DNA from: Macrostomum hystrix
Taxonomy: Eukaryota; Animalia; Platyhelminthes
Assembly: GCA_950097015.1 (NCBI GenBank)
Contig: CATNEN010000038.1
Coordinates: 5,394,001-5,458,000, forward strand
DNA length: 64,000 nucleotides
Direction of reading: 5' to 3'
Made by a program: the position numbers and the translations under genes. The notes beneath the pieces were generated by a model. That model had not been told where the DNA came from, made no database searches, and was given only the letters and a program-made list of their open reading frames with translations. The number at the start of each line of letters is the position of its first letter. Positions within the stretch are counted from its first letter, which is position 1. Shown here piece by piece: positions 22,844 to 35,787 of this stretch.

Positions 22844-25664
22844 AGTATAGATAGTATGTTTTTTGAGAGATGAATCATCAGCATGACTAATTGTCCACTT
22901 GGGGTGGGTTAGGGAATTCCTTGTCACACACCCCAATTAAAGTCTTGTCCCACTAGTAGCCACCCCACTCCAGTGTATGTAAATTTTAACTTCGTTTCAA
23001 TGTTGGTAAAAACTGATTGGCCAAAGTTATATACTGTATATAGGCTTTAGCGTAGGGTAGGCCTAAATTTAGAAAATACAGATATAATAAAATTTTGGTT
23101 AGGCTACAATAGAACTATTCTTTAGGCTACCTTTCACCAATAGCCGTTTGATTATTCGTCCGGTTAACCAAGTTATAACTTATAACTAAGTTATAATATA
23201 ACTAAGTTAGGCCCTATAAGGGGTTGTAGCACTACCACGAGAACCTCTATCATTTGTTAGATAAATTAACAAGCTGCAAAAGGACAGTCATTCAGATTTG
23301 AAGTTTTGAATCATGTCCTTGAGGGGAAAGGGGAGAAATTAAGTCCTTGGGTAGTTAACCGGTTAACCCAATGAATAACGAAATGGCCATTTGTCCAGTT
23401 AACCAGACAAATAACAACTTACCTATAAATAAAATAAATAAATATATTTATATAAATAAATATAAATATATATATACATTATTTGTCACTGATGATCTCC
23501 TCGCAAGAAATGTAATAGGTCTTAGGTCTAGCTATCTGAGTTTTAGCTAGCTGTTTTATGAGCTAGCATAGCTGGCTCACTGGACCAGTCACCTAGCAGG
23601 CGAGGCTAGCAGGACAATAGTGCAATGTAATGTAATTGTAATGCCTAAAAATTAGAAATAGGCCATGGCTTAACAAATTTATATTTGACCTATAGCTTGT
23701 ACCATGGAAAGCTATCTATCAAAAGCTTAAATTTTGACTTGTTATATTAATACTAGTTTTATTACGAACGCACGTGATGCATTAGTTCATAAAAATGGCG
23801 AACAAGGTGATTTAATTTTCGGAGAAGCAACTATTGCCGCTAACTCAAATTTCCGATAAAAAAAATCCCAAGCTAAAACAAAAAGTTGGCTTTTTATTAA
23901 ACTTTTTTAGTTTATTTTGATTATTAAATAAATTTTAAATATTAAATTATAATTAAAGTGATGCCACTTCCATTGCGAGCTGAAAATGCCCTGTATAACG
24001 AAACAAAGCGAAAGCGAAAGTATTCCGATCCCACTATATATGCATATTTTTCTATCGTGTAAGGTGTATTTTAGTGTGAGCTCTTTTGCTATTCCGTCAG
24101 TATAGCGAAAGTTCCGTCTATTTTTAGAACGTTGTGTTAATTAAAGGTAAGAAATAAAAAAATAGCCGGTCCCCGGGCCAGCCAGCTGGGGCAGACGCCA
24201 ACCACCCCGTCAACCCTTACCCCTGGGCTAGAGTCCCGGCCAATCAGATTGTGATCCGGCCTCACTGAATTTCTAACCGATAGGATCTGTCGGAGCAGCA
24301 CCGAAAGCAGAGATAGCAGGGCCTCGTCTGCAAAGTAGGGCGTGGGTATTTGGGTATTAAGGCCAGTTAGTAAAACTATAAATTCTCATTTTGTCCAACT
24401 CTGAGTCTCGCTATTAAACTACGCACTAATCGTTCTATTATTTCTGAGCTAAAACTTTTCATTAATGTCAGTCTCCTACTAGCTTTTACAGTGTTTTGAG
24501 TTATCCGAGTACAAGTACAAGTGTATCTTGTCTAATCTTCCATGTACTCGAACTACAATTAATAAGTTTTTGTTTGTCATTCATTAATGCCGTATAATGT
24601 TACAGTACGCAATGTTCATGGTAATTCACGATGATAAAAGGGATTCATGTTTTAACGAGTCTTTATAATTCTCTTTCTCTTAATGAAATGCGAGCTGAAA
24701 TTTATGTTTAATAAATGTTTCGTTTCGTTTCGATAATAGTCGAGCGGAATCGTTTTGACTGCAAATACGTTTAAGCGCAGACTCTCAGATTTTAATAATT
24801 TAACTATGCGAATTGAACAATGTGAGCTAGTCAATAAGAAATGGCGCCTAGTTTCAATAAGTTCCAATCATAATAAAAAAGAACTAATAAGTATAATAAG
24901 CACAGTATCTCACGAAAGTTATTTGCAATACTCCTGTTGACGTGTACTTTGGTACTTTCAGCTAACGATTGTAAAAACATTTTCAATTAAAACCAAATAA
25001 TCAAGCCTTACAAAAGTATGGAATGCGAAATCGGAATTAATTTTACAAGCCTTAATTACTGAGTCACGGCGACACAGTCGCTACAAGAGATTTAGTACAT
25101 TATTAAGCTTTAAGACTAATTTCATTAAATCAAGATTGGATTACATAAATAAACAGTAACGTTACAAAACTAATGCTTTTAAAAAAAGTAAAGTTTAAAT
25201 GAGACGAAAGCAAGCCAGGTGAACAAGAGTTCTGAAAGTAGCAAACACAAGTTATTACAATACATCATAACGATCGAGTACAAATTATATACATAATTTT
25301 AGCAATAGTTCATTAACAAGCTAACGAACTATTACTCTATTATGACGAAGTACAATAGTTAAAGCAATTGAAAAGCAGTTGCAGATTTGTTCGGTCATAG
25401 GTCGCGGTTCCATAGAAGATTGGCCAGATTAAAACAGCGTGTTAGGTTAGCCAGTAAAGGCGAATTAGCGAACTACGAGTTGAGAAGGCTAATTAAAATG
25501 AGTTTAAGTTTAGGACCAACCACAAAGGTACAATGCTGACTGCTTCAAGCACGAGGTTATGAAAAAAGCAACTTCAACGTAAAATACACAACGAAAAAAA
25601 GGAAAACAACTAACTTTAAGAAAATCCGAATGAGACTTGCAGTCAGAAAACGATGAATAAATAC

Positions 25665-26747
25665 TGCTAACTCCAGTACAGGTGTGCTAACTCCAGTACA
25701 GGTGTGCTAACTCCAGTACAGGTGTGTGCTAACTCCAGTACAGGTGTGCTAACTCCAGTACAGGTGTGCTAACTCCAGTACAGGTGTGCTAACTCCAGTA
25801 CAGGTGTGTGCTAACTCCAGTACAGGTGTGTGCTAACTCCAGTACAGGTGTGTGCTAACTCCAGTACAGGTGTGCTAACTCCAGTACAGGTGTGCTAACT
25901 CCAGTACAGGTGTGCTAACTCCAGTACAGGTGTGTGCTAACTCCAGTACAGGTGTGTGCTAACTCCAGTACAGATGTGCGCTAACTCCAGTACAGGTGTG
26001 CTAACTCCAGTACAGGTGTGCTAACTCCAGTACAGGTGTGCTAACTCCAGTACAGGTGTGCTAACTCCAGTACAGGTGTGTGCTAACTCCAGTACAGGTG
26101 TGTGCTAACTCCAGTACAGGTGTGCTAACTCCAGTACAGGTGTGCTAACTCCAGTACAGGTGTGCTAACTCCAGTACAGGTGTGTGCTAACTCCAGTACA
26201 GGTGTGCTAACTCCATTACAGGTGTGCTAACTCCAGTACAGGTGTGCTAACTCCAGTACAGGTGTGCTAACTCCATTACAGGTGTGCTAACTCCAGTACA
26301 GGTGTGCTAACTCCAGTACAGGTGTGCTAACTCCAGTACAGGTGTGTGCTAACTCCAGTACAGGTGTGTGCTAACTCCAGTACAGGTGTGTGCTAACTCC
26401 AGTACAGGTGTGCTAACTCCAGTACAGGTGTGCTAACTCCAGTACAGGTGTGCTAACTCCAGTACAGGTGTGTGCTAACTCCAGTACAGGTGTGTGCTAA
26501 CTCCAGTACAGGTGTGCGCTAACTCCAGTACAGGTGTGCGCTAACTCCAGTACAGGTGTGCTAACTCCAGTACAGGTGTGCTAACTCCAGTACAGGTGTG
26601 TGCTAACTCCAGTACAGGTGTGCTAACTCCAGTACAGGTGTGCTAACTCCAGTACAGGTGTGTGCTAACTCCAGTACAGGTGTGCTAACTCCAGTACAGG
26701 TGTGTGCTAACTCCAGTACAGGTGTGTGCTAACTCCAGTACAAGTGT
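25665..26747. repeat. 20/22-bp minisatellite (gctaactccagtacaggtgt[gt]), 3' of the nuclear receptor
   Basis: Direct tandem units with GT slippage. Confidence 0.97.
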
Positions 26748-26780
26748 GGCCTTAATTCTGTCCGAGGCAGAAATGCATCT

Positions 26781-28705
26781 TTAGAGTCTCGTTTCTTCTC
26801 CGAGCTGCAAGGAGGCTCGCAGAAGCTCCTCAGTCAGAGGCGGCGGCAGCTGGCCCTCCAAATTGAGAGCCCTATTGAAGTAGCACAGGGCGAGCAGCCT
26901 GCCAGCGGTTAGCTGAGCTCCCAGCTGCAGCAGGTGAGCTCGTCGGATCGGGCAGCGGCAGAGGCGAATCAGTGCCAGCAGGTGGCGCCGTTGAATGCTG
27001 TCGATGCGGTCCTGCTCGGCCCAGTCTGCGTGGCAGCTAGTTTCTAAGAAAAAGATCGGCCTGAGATGCAGCAGCTCGGCGTGGCTGAGGTTCAAGTGAC
27101 CGATGCGCTGGGCAAGGCAGCGTGTCAGCTTGCTAACGCGGGGCACCTGACGAATCAGGCCTTCCTGACGCTCGTGCAGACTGAAGCCTTGGCAGAAATT
27201 GAGCACACCAGAGTAGGGGTGCGAGTTCCAGGCCACCTGCGAATTACAAACTACACGAGTTAATTACCATAGACATTCTAATAGTCAGGAGTTTATTTAG
27301 TGGGTCTGGATTAATATTAGTAAGTCAGGATCGATCATAGATAATATATCATCTGGTCAGGATCCAGTTGGGTCAGGATCCAGTTGGGTCAGGATCCAGT
27401 TGGTCAGGATCCAGTTGGGTCAGCATCCAGTTGGGTCAGCATCCAGTTGGGTCAGCATCCAGTTGGGTCAGGATCCAGTTGGGTCAGGATCCAGTTGGGT
27501 CAGCATCCAGTTAAGTCAGGATCCAGTTAAGTCAGGATCCAGTTGGGTCAGGATCCAGTTGGGTCAGGATCCAGTTGGGTCAGGATCCAGTTGGGTCAGG
27601 ATCCAGTTGGGTCAGGATCCAGTTGGGTCAGGATCCAGTTGGGTCAGGATCCAGTTGGGTCAGGATCCAGTTGGGTCAGGATCCAGTTGGGTCAGGATCC
27701 AGTTGGGTCAGGATCCAGTTGGGTCAACACACAGACCTGCAGCACGATGATGTCCAGCCAGTGTCGCTGCAGCAGGGCCATCTGGTCCTGAATAGCGAGG
27801 CTGGCAAAGTCAGGTAGCCGCTTAGCCCAGCTGATCAGCTTGCCCAGAAACGATTCAACAAGCAACCAGATGCCGCCGGACACCATGGCGGTTATGCCAA
27901 GGCCAGCTGGCAGGCTGCTAAGGTCGATGCGCACCGGCTCCAGATCTGGAGGCGGCGGAGGCGCAGCAGCAGCAGCAGCGGAGTGGTCCTGATGCCTTCT
28001 GCCACCAGAGCCATCATCGTCTCCTTCACGTTCGGCTGATGGCGGCGTTAGTTGGCATGACTGACGAGGCCCGGCTAAAGAGGCTCCGGCCTGCTGACTG
28101 AGGAAGGAGAAATTGATACCTGTTAGACAATGCGAATGCCTGTTAGACAATGCGAATACCTGTTAGACAATGCGAATACCTGTTGGACAATGCGAATACC
28201 TGTTAGACAATGCGAATACCTGTTAGACAATGCGAATACCTGTTAGACAATGCGAATAACTGTTAGACAATGCGAATACCTGTTGGACAATGCGAATACC
28301 TGTTGGACAATGCGAATACCTGTTAGACAATGCGAATACCTGTTGGACAATGCGAATACCTGTTAGACCCGTTATACCTGTTAGTCAATCAGTTTATACG
28401 TTAGGCAGTGAGTCAATCATTATCTACCTGGTATCCGGGGCCAGCGACCTCACCAGACCAGTCCGCATACCAACCTCCAGGCAGCGACGAAATCGGCAAG
28501 CGCCGCAGGCTCGATTCCGCTCGGACAGCAGCGAGCAGTGGCGCTGCCTTCGCAGGCAAGAATAGGACAGAGAGAACTGTACGGTGCGCTTGAAGAATGA
28601 CTTGCACGCGTGGCAGGTCACGGCTCCGTAATGATTGCCAGCCGGGTACTGGCACGAGCAGACGGAGCAGATCGCAACCGGCTGCTCAGTTGCCGAGACA
28701 TTCAT
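26781..28705 (-). CDS. Nuclear hormone receptor, divergent NR3/ERR-like (C4 DBD + LBD), 3 exons, ~364 aa
   Basis: Exons 28705-28428, 28097-27737, 27236-26781 join in phase. DBD CSVC…HYGAVTCHACKSFFKRTVQ…RACGACRFRRCLEVGM; LBD ISWAKRLPDFASLAIQDQMALLQRHWLDI. Nuclear receptor call is firm; the subfamily is a by-eye inference. Confidence 0.88.
27355..27726. repeat. 17-bp minisatellite (gggtcaggatccagtt-type), nuclear receptor intron 2
   Basis: Direct tandem units of ~16-17 bp. Confidence 0.95.
28117..28368. repeat. 20-bp minisatellite (cctgttagacaatgcgaata), nuclear receptor intron 1
   Basis: Direct tandem units. Confidence 0.95.
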
Positions 28706-29196
28706 CGCTGCAGCGACCTCCAGAGTCCGGCTGCTTCCAGCTTTATCAGATTGTCCTGCACTGCAGGCTAAGCTGCAATTGCCAAGCTGGCGAATAAACA
28801 ACAGACAGCTGGCGCGGGCGGGCTGAGGGAAACTGGCTGCATTAAAAGTGCATAGTGAGCATGGGACAGAGGGCAATGCGATAACACGCCAGCAGCCAAT
28901 CAGCGAGCAAAGAGGGGCGCGGCAATGACGAGGGAGGTCAGGGCTGGGGGTGGAAGACCGGCTTGATCCGGCTGCCGCGTAACCGAGTTCTGCCACTAGA
29001 AAAATGTTTTGCTTTGGCCTCGTAAACAGAACAGACGACACTCAATTCTGCTAACGATTGGGCGCTGCTGAGAACTGCAGCAAAATTGCAGCAACAGCTG
29101 CGAAACTAGCGAGAACTGAGGGGCTTGCTGAATAGCTCACATGGGCTTGTAGGCAAATCTTCAATCAGCTGAAGATGGATTCGCATTACTTATAGG

Positions 29197-31254
29197 AAGA
29201 TTCTCATGGAGTTTGAGGAAGATTCTCATGGAGTTTGAGGAAGATTCTCATGGAGTTGGAGGGATATTCTCATGGAGTTTGAGAGAGATTCTCATGCACT
29301 TGGAGGGAGATTCTCATGCAGTTGGAGGGAGATTCTCATGGAGTTTGAGGAAGATTCTCATGGAATTGGAGGGAGATTCTCATGCAATTGGAGGGAGATT
29401 CTCATGCAGTTCGAGGGAGATTCTCATGGAGTTTGAGGGAGATTCTCATGGATTTGGAGGGAGATTCTCATGGAATTGGAGGGAGATTCTCATGGAGTTT
29501 GAGAGAGATTCTCATGCACTTGGAGGGAGATTCTCATGCAGTTGGAGGGAGATTCTCATGCAGTTGGAGGGAGATTCTCATGGAGTTTGAGGGAGATTCT
29601 CATGCAGTTGGAGGGAGATTCTCATGCAGTTGGAGGGAGATTCTCATGGAGTTTGAGGAAGATTCTCATGGAATTGGAGGGAGATTCTCATGCAATTGGA
29701 GGGAGATTCTCATGCAGTTCGAGGGAGATTCTCATGGAGTTTGAGGGAGATTCTCATGGATTTGGAGGGAGATTCTCATGGAATTGGAGGGAGATTCTCA
29801 TGGAGTTTGAGAGAGATTCTCATGCACTTGGAGGGAGATTCTCATGCAGTTGGAGGGAGATTCTCATGCAGTTGGAGGGAGATTCTCATGCAGTTGGAGG
29901 GAGATTCTCATGGAGTTGGAGGGAGATTCTCATGCAGTTGGAGGGAGATTCTCATGGAGTTTGAGGGAGATTCTCATGCAGTTGGAGGGAGATTCTCATG
30001 GAGTTTGAGGAAGATTCTCATGGAGTTGGAGGGAGATTCTCATGGAGTTTGAGGGAGATTCTCATGCAGTTGGAGGGAGATTGTCATGGAGTTTGAGGGA
30101 GATTCTCATGCAATTGGAGGGAGATTCTCATGCAGTTCGAGGGAGATTCTCATGGAGTTTGAGGGAGATTCTCATGGATTTGGAGGGATATTCTCATGGA
30201 ATTGGAGGGAGATTCTCATGGAGTTTGAGAGAGATTCTCATGCACTTGGAGGGAGATTGTCATGCAGTTGGAGGGAGATTCTCATGGAGTTTGAGGAAGA
30301 TTCTCATGGAATTGGAGGGAGATTCTCATGCACTTGGAGGGAGATTCTCATGCAGTTGGAGGGAGATTCTCATGCAGTTGGAGGGAGATTCTCATGGAGT
30401 TGGAGGGGGATTCTCATGCAGTTGGAGGGAGATTCTCATGGAGTTTGAGGGAGATTCTCATGGATTTGGAGGGAGATTCTCATGGAATTGGAGGGAGATT
30501 CTCATGGAGTTTGAGAGAGATTCTCATGCACTTGGAGGGAGATTCTCATGCAGTTGGAGGGAGATTCTCATGCAGTTGGAGGGAGATTCTCATGCAGTTG
30601 GAGGGAGATTCTCATGGAGTTGGAGGGAGATTCTCATGCAGTTGGAGGGAGATTCTCATGGAGTTTGAGGGAGATTCTCATGCAGTTGGAGGGAGATTCT
30701 CATGGAGTTTGAGGAAGATTCTCATGGAGTTGGAGGGAGATTCTCATGGAGTTTGATGGAGATTCTCATGCAGTTGGAGGGAGATTGTCATGGAGTTTGA
30801 GGGAGATTCTCATGCAATTGGAGGGAGATTCTCATGCAGTTCGAGGGAGATTCTCATGGAGTTTGAGAGAGATTCTCATGCACTTGGAGGGAGATTGTCA
30901 TGCAGTTGGAGGGAGATTCTCATGGAGTTTGAGGAAGATTCTCATGGAATTGGAGGGAGATTCTCATGCACTTGGAGGGAGATTCTCATGCAGTTGGAGG
31001 GAGATTCTCATGCAGTTGGAGGGAGATTCTCATGGAGTTGGAGGGGGATTCTCATGCAGTTGGAGGGAGATTCTCATGGAGTTTGAGGGAGATTCTCATG
31101 CAGTTGGAGGGAGATTCTCATGGAGTTTGAGGAAGATTCTCATGGAATTGGAGGGAGATTCTCATGGAGTTTGAGAGAGATTCTCATGCAGTTGGAGGGA
31201 GATTCTCATGCAGTTGGAGGGAGATTCTCATGGAATTGGAGGGAGATTCTCATG
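29197..31254. repeat. 22-bp minisatellite (gattctcatgcagttggaggga) with higher-order blocks
   Basis: Direct tandem units. Confidence 0.97.
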
Positions 31255-31786
31255 TATTTGAGTAGCGATGCATCAGGGATTTATCGACTAGTGAAAAAGC
31301 TAGACAGCGAGGATTTATCTGCAGTCTGGGCTGCACTGCAATTTATCTGATCCATTCACTAAGCTGTCCTCCAATGTCAAGATACACAAAGCTGACAAAA
31401 TACTTTCATTGCAATTTAGATAGTGTATTTCAATTAGTAAGCAACTGTTGAAAACATTTACTGCACAGATCACATCCAACAATTCACGCAGTAATGTCAT
31501 TAAATGATCGCTTAAGTCTAAAGCAATGAGCCAATGAGCATTAGAGACGTCACCAAATGATTAGTTTGTACAACAAGGCTAAAAAAACTGAAGTTAACAA
31601 TTATGAAAACGATGACTGAATTAGACTGAGAAAATAAAAATTGATCAGTGACAAGGTATATACTATCCGGGCAATGCAGACACACAAGAAGACACTCCTT
31701 AGGCTGCTTCTACTCTCACTTCTCTGAGAAATCTACGACTTTTATCAGAAATAAAAACCAATAAAATAGATACCTAACCTAGCACT

Positions 31787-32374
31787 GGGAGGAAATCCCA
31801 CCTGAGAATACGGATGCTCATGGAGGAAAGCCCACCTGAGAATACGGATGCTCATGGAGGAAACCCCACTTGAGAATACGGATGCTCAGGGAGGAAACTC
31901 CATCTGAGAATACGGATGCTCAGGGAGGAAACTCCATCTGAGAATACGGATGCTCAGGGAGGAAACTCCATCTGAGAATACGGATGCTCAGGGAGGAAAC
32001 TCCATCTGAGAATACGGATGGTCAGGGAGGAAACTCCATCTGGGAATACGGATGCTCAGGGAGGAAACTCCATCTGAGAATACGGATACTCAGGGAGGAA
32101 ACTCCATCTGAGAATACGGATGCTCAGGGAGGAAACTCCACCTGAGAATACGGATGCTCAGGGAGGAAACTCCATCTGAGAATACGGATGCTCAGGGAGG
32201 AAACTCCATCTGAGAATACGGATGCTCAGGGAGGAAACTCCATCTGAGAATACGGATGCTCAGGGAGGAAACCCCATCTGAGAATACGGATGCTCAGGGA
32301 GGAAACCCCATCTGAGAATACGGATGCTCAGGGAGGAAACCCCACCTGAGAATACGGATGCTCAGGAAGGAAAC
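31787..32374. repeat. 34-bp minisatellite (gggaggaaactccatctgagaatacggatgctca)
   Basis: Direct tandem units. Confidence 0.95.
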
Positions 32375-32576
32375 CTAATCTAACGATCAGAAAAGATTAT
32401 TAAAAATTCTTAGGATTTGGTGAAATAATGAAAACCAGATTGACGAACTGCAAACTGAGAGTTTTGAGCAGTCGAGTAATCAGAAATCGAGCAGGGCAAC
32501 AAACTCGGAATATCTGAGAGATATGCGGCTCCAAACTCAGCCTACTCATAATCATCATCCGGTCTCAGTCTCCTGC

Positions 32577-33824
32577 TCAAACCCTCACTGGGCCAGAGAC
32601 AACACCTGCACTGTCTCCAGTCTCGTGCGGCACCACCTGCTGGAGTCGGCGAAGCTGTTCGCTGAATGCGCGATCCTTCAATAAGCCAGTCATTGCGCCG
32701 ATGTTGCAGTCTGGCTGACCAATCAGAGTCACCACCAGAGGCGCGCAGCTCAGCAGAACAATCTGGAAACAAAAAATTATCGATCAATAATATTTGAAAA
32801 CAGCAATTCTGATAAAACTACTGTGCAGCCTCAATGACAGCTGCGGTATTTCTAGTAAATTTAGTAAGGGTTGCTGCTACGATTCCATTCTATTCTTGCT
32901 GCGATTCGAGGTACAATATCTGCTGCGACTCTATTTTCAATTCTTGCTGCAATTGCATTTACGATTCTTGCTGCGATTCTACCTACGATTCTTGCTGCGA
33001 TTCTACCTACGATTCTTGCTGCGATTCTACCTACGATTCTTGCTGCGACTCTACTTGCAATTCTTGCTGCGATTCTACCTACGATTCTTGCTGCGACTCT
33101 ACTTGCAATTCTTGCTGCGATTCCATTTACGATTCTTGCTGCGATTCTACCTACGATTCTTGCTGCGATTCTACTTACGATTCTTGCTGCGATTCTACTT
33201 ACAATTCTTGCTGCGATTCCATTTACGATTCTGGGTGCGATTTTACCTACGGTTCTTTATGCGATTCTACTTAGGATTCTTGCTGCGATTCCATTTACGA
33301 TTCTTGCTGCGATTCTACTTAAGATTCCTGCGGCGTAACGGTTTCTGCTGCAATTTCATTTACAATTCTGTTAAGGTTCTGCGACTATAAATTTGAATAT
33401 TCTATTCAAGATTCTTGCTGCGATTCTTTGAGGGAACTAATGTTTGATCAGTGCAGCATTTATTATTACGATACTTGCTACGATTCCATTTACGCTGTAA
33501 CGATTTTATCGACGATTTCAACTGATATACATTAATTAGCAATAAGGCTACAGTTGAGAGCATCTCAACAGCTGCGCTCACAGTCATCTGGCCGTAATTG
33601 GTGACGAAGGCGCTGGCGGATCCGACGCCCAGCTTGCCGGCCTGCTCGGCGGCCTGGCAGAAGCCGGGCACGAGGCCCCGCTTGACAACGGCCTCCACGG
33701 CCCACTGGCACTCCGGCTGGGCGGCGCTGAGCAGGGCCACCCCGTCACGGTCGGACAGCAGAATGGCGGACAGGCCGTCCACTTGCGACAGGTAGGTTTC
33801 TAGGAAGCGCCTGAGTGAGTCCAT
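32577..33824 (-). CDS. LAMTOR3: Ragulator complex protein LAMTOR3 (MP1), 2 exons, ~142 aa
   Basis: Exon 1 33824-33582 (MDSLRRFL…VDGLSAILLSDRDGV…QAAEQAGKLGVG), donor gtgagc. Exon 2 32762-32577 (IVLLSCAPLVVTLIGQPDCNIG…), acceptor tttccag. Matches the LAMTOR3 roadblock fold pattern. Confidence 0.9.
32900..33330. repeat. 24-bp minisatellite (cgattcttgctgcgattctaccta), LAMTOR3 intron
   Basis: Direct tandem units. Confidence 0.9.
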
Positions 33825-33929
33825 TGTGCTCAGCTGCCGTGCGATCAAACAATGCTAGCTGGAATAGCGAGTAAAACATTAAAGAAATTCGCAATCAGTC
33901 AGAGGGAGCCTGAAATAGAGTTAAAGCGC

Positions 33930-35787
33930 GATTCTCATAGAGATGAAGGCAGATTCTCATAGAGATGAAGGCAGATTCTCATAGAGATGAAGGCAGATTC
34001 TCATAGAGATGAAGGGAGATTCTCAGAGAGATGAAGGGTGATTCTCATAGAGATGAAGGCAGATTCTCATAGAGATGAAGGCAGATTCTCATAGAGATGA
34101 AGGGAGATTCTCATAGATATGAAGGGTGATTCTAATAGATATGAAGGCAGATTCTCATAGATATGAAGGCAGATTCTCATAGAGATGAAGGGAGATTCTC
34201 ATAGAGATGAAGGGAGATTCTCATAGATATGAAGGCAGATTCTCATAGAGATGAAGGCAGATTCTCATAGAGATGAAGGGAGATTCTCATAGATATGAAT
34301 GCAGATTCTCATAGATATGAAGGCAGATTCTCATAGAGATGAAAGGGGATTCTCATAGATATGAAGGCAGATTCTCAGAGAGATGAAGGCAGATTCTCAT
34401 AGAGATGAAGGGAGATTCTCATAGATATGAAGGCAGATTCTCATAGAGATGTAGGGAGATTCTCATAGAGATGAAGGGAGATTCTCATAGATATGAATGC
34501 AGATTCTCATAGATATGAAGGCAGATTCTCATAGAGATGAAAGGGGATTCTCATAGATATGAAGGCAGATTCTCATAGATATGAAGGCAGATTCTCATAG
34601 ATATGAAGGCAGATTCTCATAGATATGAAGGCAGATTCTCATAGATATGAAGGCAGATTCTCATAGATATGAAGGCAGATTCTCATAGATATGAAGGCAG
34701 ATTCTCATAGATATGAAGGCAGATTCCCATAGATATGAAGGCAGATTCTCATAGAGATGAAAGGGGATTCTCATAGATATGAAGGCAGATTCTCAGAGAG
34801 ATGAAGGCAGATTCTCATAGATACGAAGGCAGATTCTCATAGATATGAAGGCAGATTCTCATAGAGATGAAGGCAGATTCTCATAGAGATGAAGGGAGAT
34901 TCTCATAGATATGAATGCAGATTCTCATAGATATGAAGGCAGATTCTCATAGAGATGAAAGGGGATTCTCATAGATATGAAGGCAGATTCTCAGAGAGAT
35001 GAAGGCAGATTCTCATAGAGATGAAGGGAGATTCTCATAGATATGAAGGCAGATTCTCATAGAGATGTAGGGAGATTCTCATAGAGATGAAGGGAGATTC
35101 TCATAGATATGAATGCAGATTCTCATAGATATGAAGGCAGATTCTCATAGAGATGAAAGGGGATTCTCATAGATATGAAGGCAGATTCTCATAGATATGA
35201 AGGCAGATTCTCATAGATATGAAGGCAGATTCTCATAGATATGAAGGCAGATTCTCATAGAGATGTAGGGAGATTCTCATAGATATGAAGGCAGATTCTC
35301 ATAGAGATGTAGGGAGATTCTCATAGAGATGAAGGGAGATTCTCATAGATATGAATGCAGATTCTCATAGATATGAAGGCAGATTCTCATAGAGATGAAA
35401 GGGGATTCTCATAGATATGAAGGCAGATTCTCATAGATATGAAGGCAGATTCTCATAGATATGAAGGCAGATTCTCATAGATATGAAGGCAGATTCTCAT
35501 AGATATGAAGGCAGATTCTCATAGATATGAAGGCAGATTCTCATAGATATGAAGGCAGATTCCCATAGATATGAAGGCAGATTCTCATAGAGATGAAAGG
35601 GGATTCTCATAGATATGAAGGCAGATTCTCAGAGAGATGAAGGCAGATTCTCATAGATACGAAGGCAGATTCTCATAGATATGAAGGCAGATTCTCATAG
35701 ATACGAAGGCAGATTCTCATAGATACGAAGGCAGATTCTCATAGATATGAAGGCAGATTCTCATAGAGATGAAGGGAGATTCTCATG
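33930..35787. repeat. 22-bp minisatellite (gattctcatagatatgaaggca)
   Basis: Direct tandem units; related to 29197-31254. Confidence 0.97.

Noticed and set aside
23220-23232. 13-mer ggggttgtagcac shared with 40367-40379 as a promoter motif
   Set aside because: Several 13-mer matches are expected by chance in 64 kb.
29213-31350. Cluster of MQLEGDSH… ORFs
   Set aside because: 22-bp satellite read in rotating frames.
32834-33274. Cys-rich metallothionein-like ORF (CCDSTYDS)n
   Set aside because: 24-bp satellite, antisense within the LAMTOR3 intron, and open in all three + frames.
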